Assembly: GCA_951406725.2 (NCBI GenBank)
Contig: OX597816.1
Coordinates: forward strand, 66,030,001 to 66,094,000
Source: Octopus vulgaris
Taxonomy: Eukaryota
Reading direction: 5' to 3'
Length of the DNA stretch: 64,000 nucleotides
Positions 50,400 to 64,000 of the stretch are shown piece after piece. How positions within the stretch are numbered: the stretch's first letter is position 1; each line of letters begins with the position of its first letter. Below the pieces are notes generated by a model. It saw only the letters and a list, made by a program, of their open reading frames with translations, was not told where the DNA came from and did no database searches. The position numbers were made by a program, and so were the translations under genes.

Positions 50400-53300
50400 T
50401 ATATGTTATACATGTATATATACAGATATATACGTAAGACTTGTTTCTTTCAAAGAATTCATTTTTTTTTTTCTTGCCTACTTTGATTAGGAAACATTAA
50501 ATTCATAATTGTTAAAGATATGATATGGCTACCACCAAATGTCTTATATTTAAGCTAAATTCTACATGCCACCAAATGTATGTGCTGAAACATTACGGAT
50601 CAATGTTGCATGTCAAAAGAACATTAATTACTGCAATTAGAAAAATTAATTCCAAATTTACTATACATTTTATTGTATGAAAATTCTTTCATTCTTGAAT
50701 TATTGATCTTTGTAATTCTTGTTGAAATTTTGGACCAATGTTTTTCTTATTCAAAAGTGATTTGAGATCATTTTTTTTTTTCTAGTAAATAATCCTATCT
50801 TTTTTTTTTTTCACATAATATTGTAAAGGTGATTCAAACCATCATTTTCATTTTTGATTATTATTGTTAGAATAATTCCTAAAGAACGTCTATTTCATGA
50901 TTAAATGGATTTAAAATGTCAAGTTGATTCTTCAGATGTATCATATTTGAAGAACATTTTGTCCTCCAGTATTCTATAGTGTAAGTAATATATATGATTT
51001 ACAATTGGTAATAAGTTTTACAAAAATTAGTTATTGTTAGTAAAACTATAACTTAGTGTAATTTCTATCATATCTCTCACACACATGCATAATAATTTGC
51101 ATTCATAAGAACAAATTACGTCTAAGAACTATAAACTAATTTAAGATAAAATATGAAATATTTAATCTTCATAAAGAATAAACTTAAATTAAGGAGACAT
51201 TGTTAATTGTCTGGAATAACATGAATCTAGTTATTCCAGCCTGCAACATTTTATACAATAGTTCCTGCACATTATTATTATCTACATATATGTCAGATAT
51301 ACTGACTTTTAATAAGAAGGGAAGTTCGCTGTCATAGCTTGAGGGATCACTGCAGGTAAAGCATTTATTGAATTTTCAGTGAAGAGTATATAGGAATGAG
51401 TCTTAGGTACCTTCTGTAGATGCAAAGGAGGACTTGAGCTTAGTCCTGAAAGCTAACAAAACATTTGCTAGTTATACGGTGCCCTCACAACTTACAGAAA
51501 ATTAACATACCTATTCTTATTTACAGCTCAGTAGTCTGGACATGCAAAAGTGGATAGTACCTAGTGCCGTGGATAGTTAAGGAAGGTGCACAGCTGCTGA
51601 GGAGACTCCAAGTAGAAGTGAAATGTGCAGCATATATGAGACTGCTCCTTCTTTCACCATTCATGATCATACTGTGTATATAGACATGTTTACATTCATC
51701 GTAACCTATAATGTTGGCTAAAAATCTATAGATATGTTCTATAGTACATTTTAGCAATGAAATGGGAAACTGTTAATCCAGCAGTAATTTAATATTGTAA
51801 ATATGTTTGTGTGTGTGGAGAACAGCTATACTTTTAAGTATGTATTATTGAATACAGGACTATGGCTCTAATTTTAACATTTTGTTTTCTGTATTTCCTT
51901 TATATCTTTTTGTTACGAACAAAAAATTTCCTGCGTCCATCAGTTTTGAAGTTTTCCTGGTCTTATCATCTCTATGAGGACAATGTAAATTATTTTAATG
52001 GTGGTGGTTGTTATTGTTGTTTTATTGTAGACAGGAGCTATGAGAATGCTGTTGTCATTTTCTTATTTGTTATCAGTGGACTTTAAAAAAGAAATTTCAC
52101 ATTGTCAATAACAAATGATTCCTGTCTGGAGTAAAATGGCATTAATAATCTCTACTTAAATCAGTTTCTGGAGGATAAGGCCAAGATCTTAAAAGTCTGG
52201 TAGACCTTGGAAGTATTTTGTTCCTAAGGAAGGGATTAATAAGGAAACAGGAAAATTTCTAAATCAAAAGTTACAAACTAGACACAGTCATGTATGTATA
52301 CATATGCTTATATAGCTAGATAGATAGATATAGATATATAATACAGCCAATTTACTCTGTAAAGTGGTTGGTAATAGAAAGGGCATTCAGTCATAAAAAT
52401 GCCAAAAATGAAACATACAAATTAGATATAATTCCCAGCATGTCTCCAAATAAGAACTTGCTTGGTCAGTGACAACCTGTCCAATTCGTGCCAGCATGGA
52501 AAAGAGATGTAAAAATAGTGATGATTATGACATGATGATAACTTAAATCGGCTTACATAAGCAGCAAGTAGCTTATTAAAAGTTATCCTCTTTTACAAGC
52601 ATGAGTTTATGAGACATTTAAATCATTTTATTCATTGTCTAACAGTGAATAGATAAAACTACATCTGATTTCTGTATGCATTGAAATTAAGTTCTGTTTT
52701 AGTTAAAATTTAAGAAATATATAACTCACAAAGTTCATTTAGGTTAGTAAAAGTATTTTTTAAAATATATTTAGTTTCTACTGACCCAATACTTAGATTT
52801 CAGAAATGACACTTATTACTAACAAATTATTCAGTACTGTCAAGATTTATACAAATTTTAAAAACAGGAATAGAGAAAACTCCTTAAAATTTAACTAGCA
52901 GTTATTCTAATTAAAATTGTTAAGAGTCAATACCATTTGTGCCTAAATTTCTCTTCATTTGTGTTCATTCTACATTCGCCTCCTTTCATTAGAAAAGGTC
53001 TCGGTGATGCGACAGAATTCCTAATACATCATTGGGGGGGAAAAAAAGCATTTTTAGTATTTCAGTTACTTAGGACCTTGCTATAATAGCTGTTATTTAC
53101 TCTTAGGTCTGCTCTGATTCAGCTGACCTGTAATGAAAGACATTCAAATCATGACCATCTCATCTTTGTATTTTTTTTGTTTTGTTTTGTTTTTTCTAGA
53201 CACATCTTGGTTAACATTATACACTAGGCCACATTTTTAGGAGAGTAGAAGTGTTTGAGTGATATTTCGCTGCTATATCTAGGAGTTCAACCAGGCTCCT

Positions 53301-53948
53301 GTTTTGTATTATTATAATAGTAGCAATTGTAGTGATAACATAAGGAATGACATTACCAAAGTGGATTTCTGTAAGTAGTAAAGAATATAGCATTCAGGTG
53401 GATAGCTTGTACATTATATGTATATATATATTTATATATAAATATATATATATATATGTATATATATTGCACATAATGTATGGCGTTACACATGTGTTAT
53501 ATTATATTATATAATTTATACATATATATATATAATAGATAGTATATATATTTTGCAATATATATATATGTTTATATATATGTATACATAAACATACATA
53601 TGTAAAAATAACACACACATGTGTATATATATGTGTGTGTGTGTGTGTGCTACAGAACTCATATAGAATGGGCAGACTTGTTTATTATATCAAAAAATGA
53701 CTGTTCAAGTTTTGACAATCAATGAAATGTGAGTAGACTTTTTATATTATGTATAATTATATATATTAATATATGGATAGATAGAGAGAGATAGTGTGTG
53801 ATGTATAGTGCAAGCATGGAACTGGGTTCATTTGCCGCACTTAATATAGGAGTTGATTTCTTTGAGTAACCCTGCAAAGTAGTGTCCCAACATGACCACA
53901 GTTCAGTGACTGAAACAAATAAAAGTGTAAGCATTTTACATTTGTGTC

Positions 53949-54000
<52 letters not shown>

Positions 54001-54106
54001 GATTATGTATATAGAAAACGTAATATATAGTGTAGTCTTGTGCATAAATATATACATATATATGCATATATAGTTGTGTTTGTACATATATGTGTGTGTA
54101 TGTGTG

Positions 54107-54168
<62 letters not shown>

Positions 54169-54182
54169 GTATGTATATATAT

Positions 54183-54551
54183 GCGTAGGAGTGGCTGTGT
54201 GGTAAGTAGCTTGCTTACCAATCACATGGTTTCAGGTTCAGTCCCACTGCGTGGCACTTGGGCAAGTGTCTTCTACTATAGCCTCAGGCCAACCAAAGCC
54301 TTGTGAGTGGATTTGGTAGATGGAAACTGAAAGAAGCCCGTCGTATATATGTGTGTGTCTGTGTTTGTCACAGACATCACTTGACAACCGATGCTGGTGT
54401 GTTTATGTCCCAGTAACTTAGCGGTTCAGCAAACGAGACCGATAGAATAAGTACTAGGCTTACAAAGAATAAGTCTGGAGTCGATTTGCTCGACTAAAGA
54501 AGGTGCTCCAGCATGGCCACAGTCAAATGACTGAAACATGTAAAAAGAGTA
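54183..54551 (+). mobile_element. SINE family A, full length, next to (TA)n
   Basis: ggagtggctgtgtggtaagtagc head with ggttcagtcc B box through the gactgaaac tail. Confidence 0.88.
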
Positions 54552-56967
54552 TGTGTATACAATATATATCATATGCATTATGCACTTGTATATGCATATA
54601 TATATGCTTGCAGAATGGAGTGAGATAGTGAAATTAGTAAACCAAAACTGTATGCAAGCCCTTTGTGTATGTGGGTTGGTGCTGCATTGCATGTGCCTAA
54701 TTGTTTAGATTCCTTGCTAGGCTTTTTAACATTCTTTGCCAACAAACCAGCAAATAGCTCTGCACCTTGAAAGGTATGCTTGAAAATAAGTACATGTTAA
54801 TGATTTGAAAGGCATGCAGCAGCAGTATAAAAATGCCTCAGTAATATGCATTCCTCCAACTCATGCCAGCATGGGAAGATGGATGTTAAACTAGTGAACA
54901 TATATATCTTTATATATGTGACTTTAGATACAGTATGGATGTATATTATATGTATGTATTTTTTTAATATACATGTAGTGTATATTTATATATCATATAT
55001 ATATATAATATATTATATATATTATTTATTATGTATATTATATATACATATATGGTATATATACATATTACATTTGTGTATATATCATGTAGGTTTGCAA
55101 GTACAAACTGGATAGATAGAACTCAAAATATAAGTCTGTATATTTATATACATGTATATTATCTATATATGTAAATATATGCATACATATATATTGCATG
55201 GACTGTGTGTGTGTGTGTGTATACATACATATTGTGCTTAGTAGATTAAAGTGTTTATCATGGTATTTAATGTGACATGGACATTTTACATACATATTAA
55301 TGTATTTATAAATATTATCAGAAACATTGAGATATGTTATAAAATACTTAAGGGAGTAAAAAAAATTCATACAAAATTAACATGTAACCATTACTTGTTT
55401 TTCATCTCTCCCCCCCCCCCCCACACTCACACACACATACCACCACCACCATCTTAGTTTATGTGTTGGACTGATGTTTATACTTATTAGTTAAAATACA
55501 TTACCAGGCCTATTTTTGTCAAGAACTAGCTTTGATTAAACTTCCATATTAATATCATCATTTCTCAACATTTTATACCATTTATGAATAGACGTTCTTG
55601 TAATAATTTTTTAAAAAGGATATAAGTAACCATTTGGCTTTTGTGAATGTGTTTTATTTAAGAAATTTTAATACAATTCAATTTACTCTACTCAGTAAAA
55701 ATCATCAAAAGAAAATCAGTTTTTTATAGCCTTATTAAATTTTATCTTAATTTTTTTTTTCAAATTTTAATTATCCTTCCAAAAAAAGATTACTATTCTG
55801 ATAAAAATATTCAATCATTTATATTTAAAAATTTTTAATATTAAAATGAGAAATGTTGGCAGTCTTCAGATTAACTGGATCCCTATTGTATCTCTTTACC
55901 GGTGGCATAGCTCAACCGTTTGGTCATGGTCCCTTGTAAGACAATGAATGTGAGAACCTCGTAGTTAGTAAAGAGAAGGGTTGAGTAAAGTATCTATATG
56001 CTGCAGACTTATGAAGTGCCATGAAACGTGAAAAAGAAAAACATTGTTCTCATTAAATTAGAGCCCTTAAATTACTAACTCGAGGTTAACACCCATCGTT
56101 AGGGTCTTACAAGAATCATTAGTTAATATCATTTTTCTCATCTGTGTGGTTTCTTCTCTCTCCAATTAATTTAGACAGTATACTTTAGGGCCGTCAAGAT
56201 TTTGGAGATAGCTCATCCCATTGTATCTAAAAAAAAGAGTAAATTTATAAAGGTTCCTACCGAAAAAGTGTACTAATTTAATTTGTTGGAGTGGAGAGAA
56301 ATAGAATTGTTTACTTTTCAAATTTGACACACTTTTGAGAAATACAATTAAATTCATATCTGAGTGATTTGATAATGATAATTCTAATGTAATAAATTTG
56401 CTTTAGAAGTCTTTATTTAGGTATCAATATGCCCAATAAGGATTAAAGCATTGGTCTCCTCTATCAGTAACGGGTTCAATCCTACAGTTTGTAGCTGAGG
56501 GTTTAAATTAGCTGATCTGTCTGGTGCTAACTTGCGAGCTGAAGCTGGAATGCCAAAATCTACATAAAAAAGAAATTAATAAAACACCCAACTGAATCAA
56601 TGACTCAAGCCTTCAGTAGCAATACCTGATAATAAGGTTGGCAGCCACTGTGAGGTAACAGGTTCACCTCTCTCAAGTGGGAAGATTCATTTTCTTTTTT
56701 TTTTTTTAAAAAAAAAACGTCATATAAACCCTCATTCTGAATTAATACATTCCAGTTTTTATGTCTTCTTGCATGGTCATTTGATGGTATTTCAATATAT
56801 AAAAAGAGAAAAAAAATTATCAATATTTCCTAAGCTAAAATTATTAGTCTACAAAAAGTCAATTGTTGAAAATATTCACTAGCTTAATACTAACTTATAT
56901 TTATTGACTGTGAAAGTGTCTTTTTGTTGCAGTAAACTACTGCAGGGTTAAAAGTGTAAAAGAGTTT

Positions 56968-57185
56968 AATAAATAAATAAATATAGTGTATTTATTTTAA
57001 ACAAATCTATATTAATTAAATGAATTTGGTTATATTTTTTCATTAAGTCTGTGTTATACAATTGTGAGTGACTTTGTGAATAAACCTATTTTTTACTAAA
57101 TATTTCATGTAGATAAACCATTTGGATCTTTCTTTTTTTGCTCATTATTTGTTTTTGTTTTTTTTTGTTTTTTGTTGATTGTTGC
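56968..57185 (+). terminator. Candidate distal poly(A) signals with a downstream U/GU-rich element
   Basis: Overlapping AATAAA at 56968-56981, AATAAA at 57079-57084, T/GT tract at 57127-57185; weak evidence in DNA this AT-rich. Confidence 0.25.
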
Positions 57186-57253
57186 AAATTATACATACAT
57201 TTTTTATTAACTGTTACAAACTATATACAATTTTTTGTTAATTGTTGCATACC

Positions 57254-57258
<5 letters not shown>

Positions 57259-57327
<69 letters not shown>

Positions 57328-57361
57328 CGTATATATATATACATGCATATATGTATGTATG

Positions 57362-57393
<32 letters not shown>

Positions 57394-57397
57394 ATAA

Positions 57398-57430
<33 letters not shown>
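57259..57430. repeat. (TA)n microsatellite
   Basis: Seen directly. Confidence 0.97.
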
Positions 57431-57433
<3 letters not shown>

Positions 57434-58401
57434 TATTATAGAACAAGAGAAATGTTTAATTCAACATTAATTAATTATAATTACAAAAAGAAATTTTTAC
57501 GGATTACATTGCTTCTTGAATGCATTTCTGATAACTGAAATATTGATTTTAATCATTTGTTCACTTTTCTTGAAAAAAATAAAATACAGATAATTTTAAT
57601 TTGATTTTAACTTGGAAATGAAAACCTAAACAATTGCTTCCTTATATGGCACATCTTTAGTGTTTCCTTTCGGATGGATGGGTGGATGGACTCACATACA
57701 CTCACATAAACACAGTTCATTCTGTTATATTAACAGTACTTCACATAATTTTGTTAATCAAACTAATTGGACAAGCTATAGCCATTTTAAGTATATTCTT
57801 AACAGATGTTCAGCTGATTGTCAAAAAGCCTTCCAGATTAAAGTGTTGAAGTGTTGTTTTGACAGATATTTAAGAACAGATAAATCTAATATTTATGAGT
57901 TAGTCATGTGGCATAATACTCTTACTTTTTTCAATACCATATCTATCTCCAACCATTAGAACTCAATAAGACCCTTATCTCTCTTTATTAAGGTCTACTG
58001 CTGAAATTCATTCTTCTCTATTCAGAATTGTCCTTCAATAGAACGTTTATATTTATAGTATTTCTGCTATACTCAACTACTGTGTTTCTCTGTATGAAAC
58101 TACGGGTAAATCTAATTTCCTTGCAATGGAAATTTTCACTAACCTTGTGTCAAAATGTTTCAAGCGCCATATTATTGTGTAAGCTAACATTGCCGTTATT
58201 TTCATTTCTTATTCCCTTCCCTTTTTCTTTCTTTCCATCAATCTTGGTCTGGCAGCATAAAATTACAGCTTAAACTTCTAATGATTCAATTGTTTTTCTT
58301 TCTGATTTTTTTTTTTAATTTCTAATTGAATCTGATTTCATCCATAATTCCTTTCTAAAACATTTTAGAAATACATAAGGAATACAAAAAAAAAGTAACT
58401 G

Positions 58402-58457
58402 ATACATACATACATACATACATACATACATACATACATACATACATACATACATAC
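58402..58457. repeat. (ATAC)n microsatellite
   Basis: Seen directly. Confidence 0.97.
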
Positions 58458-60116
58458 CGTAATTAGTTACATAATCACCCACAGTTGCTAACAAAACAGG
58501 GAGCTTGAAATTTTTGTAAATTTTCATTTGAAAACTTATCCTCAGTATCAGACTCCATTCTAAATTTCTTATTGCAACGTGGCTATATTTTACTATAAAC
58601 CAATGAATATTTCAAGTTATTATCAGTCCCCTCTACAAATAGAATTACTTAAATATAGAGTTTGATATCATGCTTAACATGTTGTCTAAGCTCTTTTAAA
58701 CTTTATTGATGCAGTTCTCTTCTACAATTAAATTTTGTTTGTAGCTTGTTGAGAAAATGGAAAGAATTGTTTCCTACACTTTCACTACGGATTGCAATCA
58801 GTATTGAAGCAATGCAATTAGCTTACTTATTGATCTTGAAGCTTTTGTATCTGATTAGTTATAGCTTGATTAACCTACTCGATTTGTTTTTAATTTCATT
58901 TGTGTTTTGGGGTTTATTTATAAAATTATATGACTTTAAATTATTAGTAGCTTAATAGTACTATACAGAATTTTCTTTGCAACTGTTTTTTGAAATATTA
59001 TTAATAATGTCACTCAGTTGCTTAATTTTGAATTAAACCTCTTGAGGTGTGAAACAACAGCTTATGTAGATTAACTTAGATATATATAAAAAAAAGTTAG
59101 CTTTAATATTATTTCTTTTCTACTCAGATTTATTTTAGAATCTCATGCAATTTCTTGTATAATTTTCACTTGTCATCATTAGAGATATTTTTCAACTTCT
59201 GATAAACAAAAGCAATAGACTATTCAAATTACAATGTGTTGTGTTTCAAAATGAGCATCTTGAGATAGTCTGTTTCTCTATGGTTCCTTAGACTTTTCTG
59301 GAAAAAATGTGAAAAAAAAATAACAGCAAATAGTGAAAACTTTTGGATCAGATTAGAAAAAAAAACTGGCTGTGAAAACTCAGAGTAACGATGAAGTATG
59401 TGTAAGTGACTTTGAATAGATCTGCTTTTTGTACATATATTGAACATATGGCAATTTATTGATATGATACTTATGGCAGTATATGTTGTGGTAAAAATGC
59501 TAGTAGTACTAGAAGCATTATTGCTGTTATAATTTGTAATTTACTGTTAATAATAACTTCGCTACATTAAGTATTTTATAATGGCAAATGAAATTTTCTG
59601 AAAATTATCAAAGAGAAGTATAGCCACAAAGTGTTATGTAATTACTCTAATTGTTCCTAGATAGCTACAATCTTATTAACATGTCTATAGTTTGGTAACG
59701 AGTTTAGAATTAGTCAAGAAACTATGAGCATAAAGGAATTGATAACATTGACAGTTGGAGGTGAAGGTACAAGTATTGCTACTGATATTTAGCAGTGCAA
59801 ATGTTATGGTTGTAAATAAACTTGTGATAACATAGATACAACAAAGTGACTATATAGACAAATGTGATTAAAACAGCTGAATGTAGTGTTTCTTGGGTTG
59901 TTTTTTTTGTTTTTTGTTTTGTTTGTCTTTTTTTTGGTAATTGCTTGACAACAATGACATCTACCAAATAAGTTTGTAACAGAAAAAAAAAACAAAAGCA
60001 AATATTAAACTATTAAGCTTGAATGTATGCATCTATGCATAGGTATAAGTCTGTATTAAATCTGCCATTTATTGTTGTGTCTAATGAACATCTGTTTTTA
60101 TTTTAAATTGTTGTTG

Positions 60117-60129
60117 TTATTATTATTAA

Positions 60130-60181
<52 letters not shown>
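60117..60181. repeat. (ATT)n microsatellite
   Basis: Seen directly. Confidence 0.97.
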
Positions 60182-60182
<1 letters not shown>

Positions 60183-62255
60183 CATCAACTTCACTAGATT
60201 GAATTGATTTTTAGTGATAATGATAATGAAGTTAATTATAATTATGATAATAATTACAATATCTAATGCTAAATAATTACATTCAGTGAACATCATGCAT
60301 TTGGTGTTGACTGTTTTGTAGTTGTTTAATATCTGGGCAGATTACTCCTGGATATTAACCTTGTTTTAGATTTTGTTTTTGTTTTGTTTTCTGGGTTTTT
60401 TTTCCTACTTTCGATATCTTTTTAAACTTGATGAGGAGAAGATATATTTGAAAAAGACTTGTGTTTATTTGTTGTTATTGTTGTTATTTTTAAACATTTC
60501 CCAGGCTCTTGCAAGTCTTCAGGCACAATAAAATACTTTGTGATGGAAGTATGAGTTTGAACAAAACAATGTAATGATAATTATGGAAGAAAAGATCTTC
60601 CATCACAAAGTATATGCTATGGACAGTTGTTTTTGTTTTTTTTTTATAACTAAATATATTGTTTTGTTTTATTTCTCTTTGAATTGACATTTTAATAAAA
60701 ACATTCCAAAAAAGAAAAAAAAGGCCTGTCCTGCACATTTAGGTGTTTAAAGTAGACAATTTATATAGAATTGCTATTTTAAAACACCAGCAATAAATAT
60801 AAATGTTTGAAAAAATAAAAGAATTACCTTTCTTTTTCTTTTTTTCATTAATGCTTACAAGCAACTGATAAAGAAAGAGAGGCTTTGGGGCGTGGATCCA
60901 CAATAGTGTACCTCTGCTTCTTACTTGCATGATTAAATTCATTTGAATAGACTTTCATAATTGCTGATGCATAATATTGATATGATGATGATGTGAAATG
61001 TGTAGATATACACAGATAAGTGGAGAAAATGAAATTTTAAAAAAAAGAAGAAAAAAACATAAAATCGATTTTTAAATCCAATGACTTTGTACATCTTGCT
61101 CTTATGAGGTATCCTAACTGAAACATTCTTATATAAAATAACAAAATCCTTGAACATTACTTTTTGTTGTTGTTGTTTATTTGTTTGTTTGAAAGTTATG
61201 TGTATCACTTTGTGTTGCCCAGCAACATTCCTTCTAAAAAGAAAAAAAATTGATTGGTTTGTTAGTTCTTTGTGAATGTTGCAAAAAATATGTATTCATT
61301 GGCTTTAAATTGTGTTTGAGTACATCACAGAAAAACTATCACACAAGCATACACACACACACAAACTCATATAGACACTTATATGAAAACAAGTACACCT
61401 ATTATACAAACAAGCAAACACAGTGATAAACATTTCATAAGTTTTCTTCATTTCTCATCGACTCCTTTTTCCTACTATTAAAATTAGATTTTTTGAAATT
61501 GATCTTCAAATTTAAACTATTGTTAACTATGAAATTTTCTTGACATAAAAAAAAAACAGTCTGTTTCTCATTTTTGTTGATTTTGCAATTGATTTATTTT
61601 CTATAATGTATATGAGTTGGAGGAATGTTTTCAGAATTGTGTTAATACTTACAGCATGTCTCTCTCTTTTTTTTTTTTTTTTGTTCGAGTTGAATGTTTT
61701 AACTCAAATCCTACAACAGAGACTTTGTACTGAGTTTACCGATGGTTGTCTTGCAGATGATTTTCACATCTCCAATGTTAATCTGTAATATAATGTTATA
61801 ATTCTTTAAGTGCATAAACACAATAGAATATGTAAAAAAAAAAAAAAACTGCTTTATTTTTTGGTTGTTGGTCTGCAATCATTGTTACTTAATGACTTGG
61901 ATTTCTTGTGAAAAGTGATTCTCCGAACATTTATATCTGTGGATGACCTATATAAACATGTGCATGCGATGAATATTCTCAAAATTAAAAATTCTGTTGG
62001 ATAAAATTCTTTTTTTTTTTTATTAATATTTAAAGAAAATATCTTTAAAAAAATAATAATGAAATAAAAATAATCCAAACTGGTTCAGTGGAGTATGTGT
62101 CCGTGTTACAGTTTTCCCTATCTTCTGATGTGCACATCAAACTTGCTATCAAACTTTAACACAATCTTTATACCTACACCATTCACTGAACGGTGAAATT
62201 AGCAGAAAGAAAACACATTTGTGTCTTCATAATCAGTTACTCTCCCCCATTTAAG

Positions 62256-62635
62256 TATACACACATGCATATATATATACATGTATATATATTTATGTAT
62301 ATATATATATATATACACACACACACATACATGTATATATAATATATACACATACATACATGTATATATAATATATATATACATATACATACATGTATAT
62401 ATATACATACATTTTTATGTATATACATACTTGTGTATATATATATATACATATGTATGTATATATATATACATATATATTCATAGGTATATTCATGTGT
62501 ATGTCTGTAAATTTATGTGTGTGTGTATATCTATATCTGTGTGTGTGTATATATATTTGTGTACATATATATGTATGTGTATATAAATATGTATGTGTGT
62601 ATATATAATATACTACACACATTTTGTGTGTGTAT
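62256..62635. repeat. Degenerate TA/CA/TG low-complexity tract
   Basis: Seen directly. Confidence 0.93.
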
Positions 62636-63763
62636 CTGTTGAAGATACATACACCATTGTTTTGTTTTTTTTTTCCAATTAATTGAATTATTATTTTGAT
62701 ATAAAATTGGTTAATTTTGCATTCATTCATTCATAATCAGAAATACTATTTTCATAGTATACAACTTTTGTTGTTCGCTGGGGAAAATTATTATTTAAAT
62801 TTGTTACTTTGTCTTGTTACTACTATTGTTGTTGTTTTTTCTCTGTTTTCCTTGTTAATTAGAGAGGAGAATCAGCAATAACATTTCCCAAATTCAGCTC
62901 CTGTTCAAACTATTTGCAATATTTGATAGCACTTGCTATTGTGCCACCAGATTCTTAAGTCTATCCTCTCCATCAATAATAAGCCTTTTGACTTAATATC
63001 TCTTCATTTTTCAGTTGAAACTGCTGGAAAAAAAATGCCTCCATTACATATTCTGTGCAAGCCTTGTTGTAGTACATGTAAATATCATTTGACTTCCATT
63101 GACTTTTTTTTTCTTTCCTTTCAAATGTTAATTAATTTGTTATTATGAAATTAATGATTGCGAATTGAATGGAATATCAGGGTTTATTAATATTAAATAT
63201 GGAATTTTTATTTCTGGGAAGGCATTGTTTTGTTATTTTGTGTGAAGATTTATATGTTATCTGTGTGTATGTATTCTCATGTACTCTTACATATATGTGT
63301 GTGCAGTAGGTATGCCATAGAACTTTTAAGCAAATGCTAGAATACTTAATACATGGAGTTAGTGTTTATATTATCTATTTATAATTTACTGCTTCATTAC
63401 TCTGAGTTTCATGCCAAGTTTTAGAAAAGTATACTTTAGCACGCAGTCACCTAATGACTGCTCAATGAGAAATTCAGACTGATGGTGATGATGATAATGC
63501 AAAATGTTAAACGCTGAATTATATATAACAAAAAATACTATTTTTCAAGCTACATTAGATATTAACTTTTATAAGGTTTTCATGTGTATGGATGTGTGTT
63601 TAAAGTTGGCAGTAAGCCAGTTGGTGTGGTAAGATTACATAATAGCCAAGTGAGTTACACTTGTAAATATCAGCCAAATCAGTTTTACCAATTTTCATAA
63701 TTTACTTTCTGGTTGAGCTAGACAAAGTATATAAATTGAATTGATGATACTTTGTCTTGCTGC

Positions 63764-63802
<39 letters not shown>

Positions 63803-63810
<8 letters not shown>

Positions 63811-64000
63811 GGGAGTATATCCAAACTTACAGGGAAAAATTAGATCTAGGATTAAATAAAATTTCACAGTATAAATATAAATTAAATTAGAGATAAAACC
63901 ACTATTAGGCAACTCAAACAGTGATAGACATAAACCAAAACATAAAAGACAAAAAATAAATATAATTAATATAATATATAATATATATATGAAATATAAA
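63803..64000. repeat. AT-rich interspersed repeat related to 6812-6890, running off the window end
   Basis: aacttacagggaaaaatt is the reverse complement of aatttttccctgtaagtt at 6850-6868. Confidence 0.55.

Noticed and set aside
50496-51182. Proximal poly(A) signals ATTAAA (50496) and AATAAA (51177)
   Set aside because: Such hexamers are expected by chance at this AT content; the used site cannot be chosen from sequence alone.

Overview
AT-rich animal genomic DNA; the repeat landscape (tRNA-headed SINEs with internal TA microsatellites, RTE LINE relics, mariners) looks like Octopus or another coleoid cephalopod, which is an inference. The window holds the 3' part of one + strand gene, the presynaptic active-zone scaffold RIM (RIMS1/2, unc-10 family). 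Fifteen GT-AG exons between 1086 and 50266 splice into one open frame of 2471 nt (about 823 aa). They encode C2A, the RIM-BP-binding RQLPxxP motif, Ser-rich linkers and C2B; the zinc-finger and PDZ exons must lie upstream of the window. Introns contain SINEs, LINE fragments, mariner, piggyBac and hAT MITEs, Penelope-like relics and microsatellites. The best leads are: (1) a palindromic element joining a tRNA-like head to a minimal type I hammerhead ribozyme in the sense strand of an intron; (2) a Ser codon (AGT) in the otherwise conserved WGDYGR motif of C2B, one A-to-I edit away from Gly; (3) an exon-like, ORF-bearing island in the intron where mammalian RIM2-gamma has its private first exon; (4) inverted SINE pairs that could form dsRNA or drive back-splicing. 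Most ORF-track entries are microsatellite or repeat artefacts. Homology statements come from recalled family sequences, not database searches.
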